Under the pieces are notes generated by a model, which saw only the letters and a list, made by a program, of their open reading frames with translations, was not told the origin of the DNA and ran no database searches. Made by a program: the position numbers and the translations under genes. Shown one piece after another: positions 47,507 to 58,047 of a DNA stretch of 64,000 nucleotides (its first letter is position 1; each line of letters opens with the position of its first letter). This DNA comes from Candidatus Promineifilaceae bacterium (lineage in GTDB: Bacteria; Chloroflexota; Anaerolineae; Promineifilales; Promineifilaceae): positions 87,104-151,103 of the forward strand of contig JBJYWP010000002.1 in NCBI GenBank assembly GCA_046259485.1, in the 5' to 3' direction.

Positions 47507-48508
47507 TTAGAAAGTGGGTGAATATGAACGGACGATTTCGAGGTAGTTTGCACGCTCAAACGCCGCCGGAAAACTGACATTGATCTGGCTCAAACTGCCT
47601 TTCAGAACATCGAGTGATTCATACTCATGTTCGTAAAGCCAGTCTGACATCTCAGCCAAGACCTCGCCAATACGACCCGCACCATTCTTGAGTAGTTCCG
47701 CTGCCATTTGGACGACAGAAGCGCCCGCGGCAACGGCTTTTAGAGCATCGTCAGCAGTATGCGCGCCTGATGTCAAAGCGAAATCGGCATTAAGACGGCC
47801 GTAAAGAATGGCGATCCAACGCATCGGCAGACGCATCGCCTCTGATGTGCTCAATACAAGATGAGGGGTAACCTCAAGATTTTCCAGGTCCAGATCAGGC
47901 TGGTAAAAACGGTTAAACATGACCAAACCATCAGCTCCGTTGTCCACCAGTTTCTTCATCATGTTGGCTGTTGCACTGAAAAACGGGCTCAATTTAACGG
48001 CCACCGGGATGTTAATGACTGATTTGACATCCTTCAAAATGTCAATATAGATCTGTTCAACTTCCACACCTGTTAATTCCAGGATCGTTGGCAGATAGTA
48101 GACATTGAGCTCAAGAGCGTCAGCGCCGGCTCCTTCGATTTCCTTGGCGAATTTGACCCATCCGCCGGTGGAAACGCCGTTCAAACTGGCGATGATGGGG
48201 ATATCTACCGCCTTCTTGACGCGGTGGATATGTTCCAGATAGGAATCTGGCCCGATTTCAGTATAGGTCGGCGCTTCCGGAAAATAGGACAGCGCTTCTG
48301 CGTAGCTCTCAGTACCTTCAGTCAGATAACGATCCAGCGTGCGGCTCTCCTGATTCAGTTCTTCTTCAAACAGCGAATAGAGGACCACTGCCGCAGCGCC
48401 GGCATCTTCCAGCTTACGAATCGAACTCACAGAACGCGACAGCGGCGAGGCTGACGGTACGATGGGGTTTTTCAGTTTCATGCCCAGATATGTTGTACTT
48501 AGGTCCAT
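47507..48508 (-). CDS. Dihydroorotate dehydrogenase-like TIM-barrel flavoprotein lacking the DHOD catalytic Cys/Ser motif
   Basis: 333 aa. [12 protein letters not shown] and a class-1 DHOD-like fold are present, but the active-site loop reads ELNVYYLP (48089..48109) where DHOD/DPD have ELN(L/F)SCP(N/H). Confidence 0.7.
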   Translation of the reverse strand: MDLSTTYLGMKLKNPIVPSASPLSRSVSSIRKLEDAGAAAVVLYSLFEEELNQESRTLDRYLTEGTESYAEALSYFPEAPTYTEIGPDSYLEHIHRVKKAVDIPIIASLNGVSTGGWVKFAKEIEGAGADALELNVYYLPTILELTGVEVEQIYIDILKDVKSVINIPVAVKLSPFFSATANMMKKLVDNGADGLVMFNRFYQPDLDLENLEVTPHLVLSTSEAMRLPMRWIAILYGRLNADFALTSGAHTADDALKAVAAGASVVQMAAELLKNGAGRIGEVLAEMSDWLYEHEYESLDVLKGSLSQINVSFPAAFERANYLEIVRSYSPTF

Positions 48509-48565
48509 TTTAAACTCCTTGTTTTCAAGATCATCAGAGCCATGAGGCTTTGATGACTTGATTAC

Positions 48566-51500
48566 CTAGTTGCCTCCATTCTTCCCATTCTTAGCAGCCA
48601 ATTCTTCATACTCATTCCAGGTTCTTTCTACATCCGCTTTTGCCAGTTGCAGTAAGCGTTCGGCAGCAGCAGGATCGCTCTTGGTCAGCATGCGATAGCG
48701 ACCTTCGCGATATATGTATTTTTCCAAGGAGATTTTTGGCTTGCGTGAATCGAGTTTGAATGGGTTCTTACCTTCTTCAGCGAGTTCGGGATTGAAGCGG
48801 AACAATGGCCAATACCCGGATTCCACAGCGGCTGATTGTTGTTCCAGACCGTAGAGGAGATCGTAGCCATGAGCTATACAATGGCTGTAGGCAATGATCA
48901 GGGATGGCCCGTCATACGCTTCAGCTTCCAGGAATGCCTGGACTGTTTGCCGGTCATTGGCGCCAAATGCGATACGAGCGACATAAATGTTGCCATAGCT
49001 CATCGAGAGCATGCCCAGATCTTTCTTAGGAAGGGGCTTTCCGGCGGCAGCGAACTTAGCAACGGCCGCACGCGGTGTGGCCTTTGACATCTGTCCGCCT
49101 GTATTGGAATAAACTTCGGTATCCATGACCAGGACATTCACATTGCGTCCGGAAGCCAGGACATGGTCGAGACCACCATAACCAATGTCATATGCCCAAC
49201 CATCACCACCAACGATCCAGACACTCTTTTTAACCAGGACATCGGCCATGCTGTTTAGATTCTTCAGCGCAGCATGGAATGGAATAATCTCTTTGTCATC
49301 CTCTTCCAGGAGTTCTGTGAGGCGCACCTTGAGGTTAGCAACGCGTTCCCGCTGATCGCGAATATCCGCTTCTGTAACTTGGTCGGCATAGAGGATGCCA
49401 TCGGCAATATCCTCACCAATGACAGGACGCAGGTCTCGCATCAGGTTCACTGCCGCATCCATACGCTGGTCGAGTGCTACCCGCATACCCATGCCGAATT
49501 CGGCATTGTCCTCAAACAAGGAATTGGACCAAGCGGGACCACGGCCGTTTGCATCTTGTGCGTAAGGCGTGGTCGGCAAGTTGCCGCCATAAATGGACGA
49601 GCAGCCTGTGGCATTGGCAATTAAGGCACGATCGCCGAAGAGTTGGGAGAGCAGTTTAATATAAGGTGTTTCCCCACAACCCGGGCAGGCGCCGGAGAAC
49701 TCGAACAGGGGTTGCAAGAGTTGGTTATACTTCACCTGATTCAACTGCACATCACTGCGATTAACCTCCGGTAAGGAGAGGAAGAAGTCCCAATTCTCCA
49801 CCTCTTGACTGCGCAGGGGGGCTTGTGGGCTCATATTAATCGCCTTGAACTTCGGCTGCTGCTTGTTCTTCACCGGGCAAACTTCAACACAAAGTCCGCA
49901 GCCCGTACAATCTTCTGGGGCGACCTGTAATGAGAACAGGTCGTCTTTGAATTCTTTGTAGCGTGCCGGGGCAGTCTTGAAGGAAGCCGGTGCATCTTCG
50001 ACAAGTTCGGGCTCTACTATCTTCATACGGATGACGGCATGAGGACAGACAAAGACACACTTACCGCATTGGATGCAGATTTCAGGATCCCAAACCGGGA
50101 TTTCTGTCGCGATATTGCGTTTCTCCCATTTTGTGGTGCCGGTGGGGTAGGTGCCATCAATTGGCAGGGCGCTGACCGGAAGTAAATCTCCGAGACCGGC
50201 AATCATTTCGGCCGTTACGTCTTTGATGAATTCTGGTGCGTACTCGGGAACTACCGGTGGGCGTTCAAACGTGCTTGTAACCTTATCGGGTACAGTCACT
50301 TCGTGCATGTGAGCGACAGCCGAGTCGACAGCCGCGAAGTTGGCCTGCACGACCTGCTCGCCACGCTTACCATAGGTTTTCTTAATCGCTGCTTTAATCT
50401 CGGCGATAGCATCTTCCTTAGGCAGTAATGGTTCACCGGTAACCTTTTCCATCAGTTGGAAGAAGCAGGTTTGCATGATCGTATTTATGCGCCGGCCCAT
50501 GCCTGTTTCTTTAGCGACTTCGTAGCCGTCGACCACATAGAACTTGATTTTCTTGTCGATCATCTCTTCCTGCATGCTGCGCGGAAGATGATCCCAAACG
50601 TCTTCAGGTCCGAAGGGGCTGTTAAGCAAGAAAGTCGCGCCAGGAACAGCCTTTTTCAACATATCAAATCGTTCCAAGAACTGGAATTGGTGGCAGGCTA
50701 CGAAATTAGCCTGGTCGATCTTGTATGTATCATGAATAGGCCGTGGGCCAAAGCGCACATAAGATACCGTTACCGCACCTGCTTTCTTTGAATCATAATC
50801 AAAATAAGCCTGGGTATAGTTCTTGGTATTCTCACCAATGATCTTCGCCGAATTTTTATTGGCTCCAACGGTTCCGTCAGATCCCAGGCCATAAAAGACT
50901 GCACGAACGACATCATCTTTTTCGATGTTATACGATTCGTCGAAATCGAGGCTTGTATGGGTAACATCATCGTTGATACCAATCGTGTAGTTATTTTTGG
51001 GTTTATCCTTTTTCAGTTCATCCAGCACACCTTTAACCATGGCCGGTGTAAACTGTTTCGAAGATAAGCCATAACGGCCGCCTACAACTTTTGGCATGAC
51101 TTCAAACGGTGCAGTATCATCGGCGATGCTTTCTACCAGGGCGGAAATAACGTCCAGATAAAGCGGTTCACCTGTCGCGCCGGGTTCTTTGGTACGGTCG
51201 AGTACGCCAATCTTTTTCGTTGTTTCCGGCAGTGCATTTACGAAAGCGTTAACATCAAAAGGCCGGTAAAGGCGAACGATAATCGCGCCAACCTTCTCAC
51301 CCGCCTCAACGAGGTTTTCGATGGTAACGCGAGCTGCCTCCGCTCCGGAGCCCATGAGTACGATGACTCTTTCGGCATCTGGTGCACCGACATAGTCGAA
51401 TATGTGATACTGCCGACCTGTTAATTCGGCAAAGCGATCCATTTCTTCCTGCACGATGCCCGGGCAGGCATCGTAGAAGGGATTAACGGTTTCCCGAGCC

Positions 51501-52180
51501 TGGAAAAAGACATCAGGATTTTGTGCGGTCCCGCGTAGGACTGGTTTATCCGGCGTCAGACCACGTTCGCGGTGTTCCAGAACAAGGTCGTCGTTAATCA
51601 TCGCTTTGATAACGTCTTCCGGAATCAGCTCAATTTTGTTGATTTCATGTGACGTACGGAAGCCATCGAAGAAATGAACGAAAGGAACGCGAGCGCGCAA
51701 TGTGGCTGCCTGTGCGATCAGGGCGAAATCCATTACCTCTTGAATCGAATTCGAAGCGAGAAATGCAAAGCCGGTATTTCTGGCGGCCATGACATCGCTA
51801 TGGTCGCCAAATATCGAGAGTGCCTGGGCGGCGACTGAACGCGCCGCAACATGGAATACAGTTGTCGTTAACTCACCGGCGATCTTGTACATGTTGGGGA
51901 TCATCAGCAGTAGACCTTGCGAAGCGGTGAAGGTCGTTGTTAACGCGCCGGCTTGCAGTGCACCATGAACTGCACCCGCCGCACCACCTTCAGCTTGCAT
52001 TTCCACTACCAGAGGTATGGATCCCCAAATATTGGTTTGACCTTGCGCCGAGTACTGGTCAGCCAATTCACCCATTGGAGAAGATGGTGTGATTGGATAA
52101 ATGGCAATTACCTCGTTGATCTTGTGTGCGACCCGCGCGGCAGCTTCATTACCATCCATCGTTTTAAATACTTTGGTCAT
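48566..52180 (-). CDS. nifJ: Pyruvate:ferredoxin (flavodoxin) oxidoreductase, single-polypeptide type
   Basis: About 1200 aa. MDGNEAAARVAH, two ferredoxin motifs (CIQCGKCVFVCP, CTGCGLCVEVCP) and a TPP domain (GGDGWAYDIG) are present. I prefer the start at 52180 (MTKVFKT); the track ORF starts at 52240. Confidence 0.93.
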   Translation of the reverse strand: MTKVFKTMDGNEAAARVAHKINEVIAIYPITPSSPMGELADQYSAQGQTNIWGSIPLVVEMQAEGGAAGAVHGALQAGALTTTFTASQGLLLMIPNMYKIAGELTTTVFHVAARSVAAQALSIFGDHSDVMAARNTGFAFLASNSIQEVMDFALIAQAATLRARVPFVHFFDGFRTSHEINKIELIPEDVIKAMINDDLVLEHRERGLTPDKPVLRGTAQNPDVFFQARETVNPFYDACPGIVQEEMDRFAELTGRQYHIFDYVGAPDAERVIVLMGSGAEAARVTIENLVEAGEKVGAIIVRLYRPFDVNAFVNALPETTKKIGVLDRTKEPGATGEPLYLDVISALVESIADDTAPFEVMPKVVGGRYGLSSKQFTPAMVKGVLDELKKDKPKNNYTIGINDDVTHTSLDFDESYNIEKDDVVRAVFYGLGSDGTVGANKNSAKIIGENTKNYTQAYFDYDSKKAGAVTVSYVRFGPRPIHDTYKIDQANFVACHQFQFLERFDMLKKAVPGATFLLNSPFGPEDVWDHLPRSMQEEMIDKKIKFYVVDGYEVAKETGMGRRINTIMQTCFFQLMEKVTGEPLLPKEDAIAEIKAAIKKTYGKRGEQVVQANFAAVDSAVAHMHEVTVPDKVTSTFERPPVVPEYAPEFIKDVTAEMIAGLGDLLPVSALPIDGTYPTGTTKWEKRNIATEIPVWDPEICIQCGKCVFVCPHAVIRMKIVEPELVEDAPASFKTAPARYKEFKDDLFSLQVAPEDCTGCGLCVEVCPVKNKQQPKFKAINMSPQAPLRSQEVENWDFFLSLPEVNRSDVQLNQVKYNQLLQPLFEFSGACPGCGETPYIKLLSQLFGDRALIANATGCSSIYGGNLPTTPYAQDANGRGPAWSNSLFEDNAEFGMGMRVALDQRMDAAVNLMRDLRPVIGEDIADGILYADQVTEADIRDQRERVANLKVRLTELLEEDDKEIIPFHAALKNLNSMADVLVKKSVWIVGGDGWAYDIGYGGLDHVLASGRNVNVLVMDTEVYSNTGGQMSKATPRAAVAKFAAAGKPLPKKDLGMLSMSYGNIYVARIAFGANDRQTVQAFLEAEAYDGPSLIIAYSHCIAHGYDLLYGLEQQSAAVESGYWPLFRFNPELAEEGKNPFKLDSRKPKISLEKYIYREGRYRMLTKSDPAAAERLLQLAKADVERTWNEYEELAAKNGKNGGN

Positions 52181-52261
52181 TTTAGACTCCTTTAGATAAG
52201 GACTAAAAACGGAATGAACCGGATAGGCGTATGAGCCCATCCGGTTCTCTCAAATCAACTC

Positions 52262-55036
52262 TTAAGCTTTGTCCGCTAAGGCTGCATGGGCAGCGGCCAA
52301 CCGGGCAATCGGTACTCGGAAGGGCGAACAAGAAACGTAATTCAAACCAAGCTTGTGGCACAAGGCAATACTCTTCGGATCACCACCATGCTCACCGCAA
52401 ATGCCGATTTCCAAATCCGGGCGCGTGCTGCGACCGAGCTCAACGGCGATCTGCATCAGCTTGCCGACGCCTTTGGCATCGATGCTGGCAAACGGGTTCT
52501 CATCGAGAATGTGGTTCTGCATATAATCCATCAGGAAACCGGATTCGGCGTCATCACGAGAGATACCAAATGTGGTTTGGGTCAAGTCATTCGTACCGAA
52601 GGAGAAGAACTGGGCGATTTCGGCGATTTCATCGGCCGTCAACGCCGCGCGCGGAATCTCGATCATGGTGCCGAACTTGTAAACGATATCGACGCCTTGC
52701 TCTTCCATCACTTCCTTGGCAACCGACTCGAGCGCCGTTTGCTGGACCTTCAACTCATTCACGTGACTAGTCAGCGGTATCATAACCTCCGGATGAACAT
52801 CAACACCTTCTTTTGCTACGGTACATGCCGCTTCAAAGATGGCGCGTACCTGCATCTTGGTCAATTCAGGTATCAAGATGCCCAGGCGCACACCGCGTGT
52901 TCCCAGCATCGGATTCTGCTCGCGCAAAGCTTCGACGCGTTCCAGATAATCCTGCTTGGTGCGAATCTCCGCCAGTGCGGCATCGATCTCGCTCAAGGTA
53001 TGGTAATGCTGCGTGCGAACCTTCAGATCGGCCAGGTCCTGGATTAGTTCCTCGAAAGAGGGCAGGAACTCATGCAGAGGCGGGTCAATCAGGCGGATGA
53101 TTACAGGATAGCCATCCATCGCGCGGAAGAGACCCTCGAAATCACCACGTTGCAGCGGTAATAAGAGATCGAGTGCATCATTGCGATCGGCCGAAGTCTT
53201 GGCCATGATCATTTTCTGCACAATGGGCATACGTTCGGCTTCAAAGAACATATGCTCGGTGCGGCAGAGACCAATGCCCGTCGCCCCATATTCACGAGCG
53301 CGTTCCGCATCACGGGGGTAGTCGGCGTTCGCCCAGACACCCAGCGTGCGAATTTCATCGGCCCACTGCAGCAGTTTGATCAGATAGGGATTTTGGATGT
53401 CAGGAACGACTGTATTCAGTTTGCCCAGGTAGACAACGCCGGTTGTACCATCTAAGGAAATCCAATCGCCTTCTTTGACAATCAGATCTTCACCAATAGC
53501 CATTTCGCGGCCAACAAGATCGATCTCCAGTTCGCTTACACCGACGACGGCCGGTTTTCCAAACTGGCGGGCAACCAGAGCGGCGTGGCTCGTACGGCCA
53601 CCGCGGCTGGTCAAAATACCATTGGCGGCCAGCATACCATGGACATCATCGGGCTTTGTTTCCGGGCGCACCATGATCACGTCGCGTCCTTCTTCTTTAG
53701 CCCAACGTTCGGCCGTATCCGCATCAAAAGCGACGATACCGACGGCCGCACCTGGTGATACATTTAAGCCGGTTGCAATAACCTGAGCGGTCTTGATTGC
53801 TTCAGAATCCAGCTGTGGATGCAAGAAGAAATCAACCTGGTTTGGCTTGACACGGGCTACCGCTTCTTCCTTAGTGATTAGTCCTTCTTCAACCATATCT
53901 ACCGCAATGCGCACCTCAGCCTGCGCTGTACGTTTGCCGTCACGTGTCTGCAGCAGGTAGAGCGTGCCGCGATCGATGGTGAACTCCATGTCCTGCATAT
54001 TGCGGTAATGTTTTTCCAGTTTCTTGGCGATTTCAAGGAATTGGTCATAAATTTCCGGCATTTGGACTTTCAAGTCTGAGATTGGCTGGGTGATACGGAT
54101 GCCGGCGACGACATCTTCACCCTGCGCATTGATCAAAAAGTCACCTTCAAGTTCCGGCTCGCCGTTTGAGGCATTACGCGACATGGCCACGCCTGTACCG
54201 GAATCATCGCCGATATTGCCGTAAGCCATCGCCACAACGTTAACGGCCGTTCCAAGATCGTGAGGAATGCCGGCTGCGTTGCGATAATCGATCGCCCGCT
54301 TTCCGTTCCAAGATTTGAATACCGCTTCCGTAGCCAGTTGAAGCTGCTCATAAGGATCTTGCGGGAATGCTGAACGGGTAAAGGTTTGATAAATATCTTT
54401 AAAGCGGTTGGTAATTTGTTCCCAATCCTCAGCAGTCAGTTCGGAATCTGAATTAATACCCTTGGCCTTTTTTCTCTCTTCAATAACCAGCTCAAAAGCC
54501 TCATCCGGCACACCCATCACCACACTGCCGAACATCTGGATCAGACGGCGATAAACATCGTAAACAAACCGCGGGCCGGTTCGTTTAACCATTTCCGCGG
54601 CTATTTCATCATTCATGCCGATATTGAGAACGGTGTCCATCATGCCGGGCATTGAGAATTTGGCCCCGGAACGGCAGGAAACTAAAAGCGGTTTGTTCAG
54701 GTCGCCAAAGATACGGCCGCGCTGTTCTTCGACCCCTTTGACAGCTTCCAGCTCTTGCTCCCACATACCGGCAGGGAATTTCTCTCCTGCTGCCAGGTAG
54801 TCGTTGCAGGCTTCTGTTGTAACTGTGAATCCTGGGGGTACCGGCACACCCAGCCGGGTCATGTCGGCAAGGTTAGCCCCTTTACCGCCAAGGAGCCCAC
54901 GAACCTTATCCCAATCGCCGCCAACATAATCTTCGGCTTCCTCTAATTCAGTAAAAAGATAGACGTACTTTTTTTCGTCTTGTGAAGCGACCGTGTTATC
55001 GACAGTCCCTTCAGGTGAGATTGTTTCTGGTGACAT
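52262..55036 (-). CDS. ppdK: Pyruvate, phosphate dikinase
   Basis: GGKGANLADMTRLGVPVPPGF, TSRGGRTSHAALVARQ (phospho-His loop) and GICGEHGGDP are present. I prefer the start at 55036 because GGAGGA lies 7 nt upstream; the track ORF starts at 55072. Confidence 0.93.
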   Translation of the reverse strand: MSPETISPEGTVDNTVASQDEKKYVYLFTELEEAEDYVGGDWDKVRGLLGGKGANLADMTRLGVPVPPGFTVTTEACNDYLAAGEKFPAGMWEQELEAVKGVEEQRGRIFGDLNKPLLVSCRSGAKFSMPGMMDTVLNIGMNDEIAAEMVKRTGPRFVYDVYRRLIQMFGSVVMGVPDEAFELVIEERKKAKGINSDSELTAEDWEQITNRFKDIYQTFTRSAFPQDPYEQLQLATEAVFKSWNGKRAIDYRNAAGIPHDLGTAVNVVAMAYGNIGDDSGTGVAMSRNASNGEPELEGDFLINAQGEDVVAGIRITQPISDLKVQMPEIYDQFLEIAKKLEKHYRNMQDMEFTIDRGTLYLLQTRDGKRTAQAEVRIAVDMVEEGLITKEEAVARVKPNQVDFFLHPQLDSEAIKTAQVIATGLNVSPGAAVGIVAFDADTAERWAKEEGRDVIMVRPETKPDDVHGMLAANGILTSRGGRTSHAALVARQFGKPAVVGVSELEIDLVGREMAIGEDLIVKEGDWISLDGTTGVVYLGKLNTVVPDIQNPYLIKLLQWADEIRTLGVWANADYPRDAERAREYGATGIGLCRTEHMFFEAERMPIVQKMIMAKTSADRNDALDLLLPLQRGDFEGLFRAMDGYPVIIRLIDPPLHEFLPSFEELIQDLADLKVRTQHYHTLSEIDAALAEIRTKQDYLERVEALREQNPMLGTRGVRLGILIPELTKMQVRAIFEAACTVAKEGVDVHPEVMIPLTSHVNELKVQQTALESVAKEVMEEQGVDIVYKFGTMIEIPRAALTADEIAEIAQFFSFGTNDLTQTTFGISRDDAESGFLMDYMQNHILDENPFASIDAKGVGKLMQIAVELGRSTRPDLEIGICGEHGGDPKSIALCHKLGLNYVSCSPFRVPIARLAAAHAALADKA

Positions 55037-55507
55037 GTTGTCATCCTCCATTGATTGTGGACTTTTCAACAATGCTTTTTGTTGATCTTATCCGATTAAT
55101 ACGCAGCATTCGAGGCCATGGTATCCCACTAATTAATGTGATGCCGATGGCATCCAAACATTTAATGGATACCCTGACCTCTGAGTTAATAACAAGGTTG
55201 CACGGTGAAAGCCATGCTTACAGTAACTAATTAGCAATCTTAATCGTAAAAAAGGGAATGTGGCAGTGACAGATTACACATGAAAATGTGACAAAAGTCA
55301 TTGGTTGAACGAATTTTCGCTACTTTTTCCCATATTTGGCAGTGCATATTTAACATCCTTTGCAACTAATAATGGTTTTCCCATCGAATATTCGGAACTG
55401 GAATGAGGATGAACCCTGCCAATCCTTAGACCAGGCTTAATTTAGTAGGAGAAAATCCCGGAAAACTGCTGATAAATGAATAACCTCAAGAGGTAATTGA
55501 ACCTCAA

Positions 55508-55536
55508 TTGTTGTTCATATAAATCACCGCTATACT
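55508..55536 (+). promoter_or_regulatory. Candidate promoter giving a leaderless response-regulator mRNA
   Basis: TTGTTG (55508..55513) and TATACT (55531..55536) are separated by 17 nt. The ATG at 55544 lies 7 nt after the -10 element and has no Shine-Dalgarno. Confidence 0.35.
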
Positions 55537-55543
55537 ATGAGTT

Positions 55544-56194
55544 ATGACCCTTAGGATTTTACTTGTAGATGACCACGAAGTCGTTCGCCTGGGCATGAAA
55601 GTGCTCTTGGATAAGCATCAGGGATTTACAGTCGTTGCCGAGGCGGATTCTGAAGAAGAAGCAGTAGAACAGGCTATACTGCATGAACCCGATATCATTC
55701 TCATGGACATTCGTCTCGCCGGCGGAAGTGGTATTGAAGCCTGTCACAAAATTAAACAAGTTCTGCCGGATACGAAAGTGATCATGTTGACCTCCTTTGC
55801 CGATGATGAATTGCTTTTCGCCGCCATTCGGGCCGGAGCAACGGGATATGTGCTCAAGCAAGTAGGTGGTGGAGATTTAATCCGCGCATTGGAAGCGACC
55901 GCTCGCGGTGAGTCAATGCTTGACCCCTCACTTACTCAGCGGGTGTTTGTCGAAGTCAGGCGATCGATCCAAAAAGAAGAAGCAATTGCTTTTGCCGATT
56001 TAACCGGCCAGGAAAAACAGGTTCTTGCGCTCATTGCCGCTGGTAAAACAAACCGTGAGATTGCCACGCAGCTGTATTTGAGTGAGGGAACAGTGCGCAA
56101 CTATGTCAGCAGCATTCTCAGTAAGTTAAATGTTTCCAATCGTGCCGAAGCTGCTGCTTACGCTATTAAACATCATTTGGGGGACCATCTCTAA
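55544..56194 (+). CDS. NarL/FixJ-family response regulator (REC + LuxR HTH)
   Basis: 216 aa. Canonical receiver residues are present (LVDDH, ILMDIRL, IMLTSF, VLKQ), with a C-terminal LuxR-type HTH ([20 protein letters not shown]). Confidence 0.9.
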   Translation: MTLRILLVDDHEVVRLGMKVLLDKHQGFTVVAEADSEEEAVEQAILHEPDIILMDIRLAGGSGIEACHKIKQVLPDTKVIMLTSFADDELLFAAIRAGATGYVLKQVGGGDLIRALEATARGESMLDPSLTQRVFVEVRRSIQKEEAIAFADLTGQEKQVLALIAAGKTNREIATQLYLSEGTVRNYVSSILSKLNVSNRAEAAAYAIKHHLGDHL

Positions 56195-56254
56195 TTTACT
56201 CATACATCGATTTAGTGCGATGTCGCCAGGTTGTAGATTTGATTTGCATTTTTT

Positions 56255-57409
56255 TTGCCACCCTCTTATTCACTTATGAGCATAATTGAACCGACCCCAG
56301 ACCAAATTCTTGAATCCTTCAATACTGCTGCGCTCGCCGTAGCCGGTGAACTTGACTCACAGAAAATCTTGCAGCAAATCGTGGATACCGCGCGGGCGTT
56401 GGTGAATGCGAAGTACGCTGCTTTAGGGGTGCCGGATCAAGATGGCAACCTGAAGAAATTTATCTACAGTGGTTTGGAGCCGGAAAAAGCAAAAGAAATA
56501 CCCCATTTACCCCGCGGTCATGGCATATTAGGGGCTATCATTCGTGAGCAAGAGCCTATTTGTATTCCGGATATTGCTCAAGATCCACGATCTATCGGCT
56601 TTCCGACCGGCCATCCTGAAATGGTCAGTTTTCTAGGCGTGCCCATCATGCGCGCCGGGGAACCGCTGGGCAATCTCTATTTAACGGATAAGCAGGGAGC
56701 TGATACTTTTAGTGAATCCGATCTGAACCTCATAGAAATGTTTGCCGCCCACGCCGCCATAGCCATCCAAAATGCGAATCTCTACGAGGAAGTTGAGAGA
56801 CTCGCGGTTCTGGAAGAAAGGACAAGGATTGGCATGGATCTTCATGACGGGGTGATTCAGTCAATCTATGCCGTTGGCCTGACTCTGGAGTCAATTCGCC
56901 TGGCGATGCCGGATGACTCTGAGGAATCGGCCCAGCTGCTTGATACCGCAATCTCCGGCTTGAATGATGCGATTCGCGACATCCGTAATTTCATTCTTGA
57001 TCTACGACCACGGCGCTTTAGCGGGGAACTTAGCCAGGGTCTTGCTCGACTCGTTCGGGAGTTTCAAGCGAATACAATGGTGCCGGTAACCATCACGGTC
57101 GCCCAAAAAATAGATGATTTACCTACGGCGCCGGCGCGCGCAATTTTCCTCACGGCTCAAGAGTCGCTTGCCAACGTCGCCCGTCACGCTCGCGCTAAGA
57201 ATGTGACCTTAACCTTGGTTCGTTCTGAAACGGCCGTCACGTTAGTTATTAATGATGATGGTCAAGGTTTTGATCCGCATGACGATTCGCGCCAGGTAGG
57301 ACATGGTTTGGCCAACATGCAGGCGCGAGCAGATGGGTTGGGGGGCGCGTTTAAAATACGTTCCGCGCCTGGCCAGGGTACGACCGTGACCCTCAGATTA
57401 CCAGTATAG
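56255..57409 (+). CDS. Cytoplasmic GAF-domain sensor histidine kinase (HisKA_3 / NarX-type)
   Basis: 384 aa with no TM segment. It has a GAF region, an H-box (RIGMDLHDGVIQSIY) and HATPase motifs (NVARHA, DDGQGF, GHGLANM). The track start is TTG at 56255; the ATG at 56276 is an alternative. Confidence 0.88.
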   Translation: MPPSYSLMSIIEPTPDQILESFNTAALAVAGELDSQKILQQIVDTARALVNAKYAALGVPDQDGNLKKFIYSGLEPEKAKEIPHLPRGHGILGAIIREQEPICIPDIAQDPRSIGFPTGHPEMVSFLGVPIMRAGEPLGNLYLTDKQGADTFSESDLNLIEMFAAHAAIAIQNANLYEEVERLAVLEERTRIGMDLHDGVIQSIYAVGLTLESIRLAMPDDSEESAQLLDTAISGLNDAIRDIRNFILDLRPRRFSGELSQGLARLVREFQANTMVPVTITVAQKIDDLPTAPARAIFLTAQESLANVARHARAKNVTLTLVRSETAVTLVINDDGQGFDPHDDSRQVGHGLANMQARADGLGGAFKIRSAPGQGTTVTLRLPV

Positions 57410-57526
57410 TTTCTGCCTTTTTTACTGCCTTAAAGTCCTATTTTTACGTCAGTGGATGACAGATGTCCAAACTTCGGATGACATTTGTCACTGAGAAATT
57501 CTGATCCTGCGGCGTATACTGGCTTT

Positions 57527-58021
57527 ATGGGTGATGCTGAAGAAGCCGGAAGCGATCTTCTCGGTAAGAAGGAATTAGATACAGCTAAGAACGAAATGCC
57601 CTTTATTCCTGATCTCAACTCAGGAGGAAATCAGGGGCAAATTCGGGTCTTGATAATCGACGGCCATGAGGCTGTTCGTCGTGCTCTCCGCGTTCGTCTG
57701 AGCGTCCCTAAACAATTCGATGTAGTTGGCACTTCCCCTAACCCGGCTGCGGCGGCTAACCTGGTTAACAAAAAGCAAACGGATGTAGTCCTGCTGGGAT
57801 TACAGACCAACTCCGATGCAGAAATGGCCAACATGGTCAGGGTTGTCCGCGATATGACGAACAAAGCGGTTGTTGTTATCGTGCTTGCTCCGTATGCCGA
57901 TGCTGTTGAGCGCGAGTTGCTAATCACGGCCGGCGCAAAGCGTTATTTACTGAAGCACATTAATTCCGACCAATTGATCCGCGAAATCGAATCGTCCGTT
58001 CTCAGCGAGCCCAGCAGATAA
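57527..58021 (+). CDS. Stand-alone receiver-like domain lacking the phospho-acceptor aspartate (pseudo-receiver)
   Basis: REC-like layout, but with LIIDGH in place of the DD pocket, VVLLGL in place of the phospho-acceptor D, and VLAP in place of T/S. The Lys is kept (YLLKH). I prefer the ATG at 57527; the track start is TTG at 57485. Confidence 0.65.
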   Translation: MGDAEEAGSDLLGKKELDTAKNEMPFIPDLNSGGNQGQIRVLIIDGHEAVRRALRVRLSVPKQFDVVGTSPNPAAAANLVNKKQTDVVLLGLQTNSDAEMANMVRVVRDMTNKAVVVIVLAPYADAVERELLITAGAKRYLLKHINSDQLIREIESSVLSEPSR

Positions 58022-58047
58022 GGCTTTTACACTGCAATTGACATTTG

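Noticed and set aside
52286-53047. A 253-aa plus-strand ORF, with neighbours at 52231..52770, 52813..53100 and 53475..53786
   Set aside because: These are antisense to the well-supported ppdK gene. They are Arg/Gly-rich translations typical of shadow ORFs.
54982-55230. An 82-aa plus-strand ORF in the ppdK upstream region
   Set aside because: It overlaps the ppdK start antisense and has no SD or motifs. The region is better explained as divergent promoter DNA.
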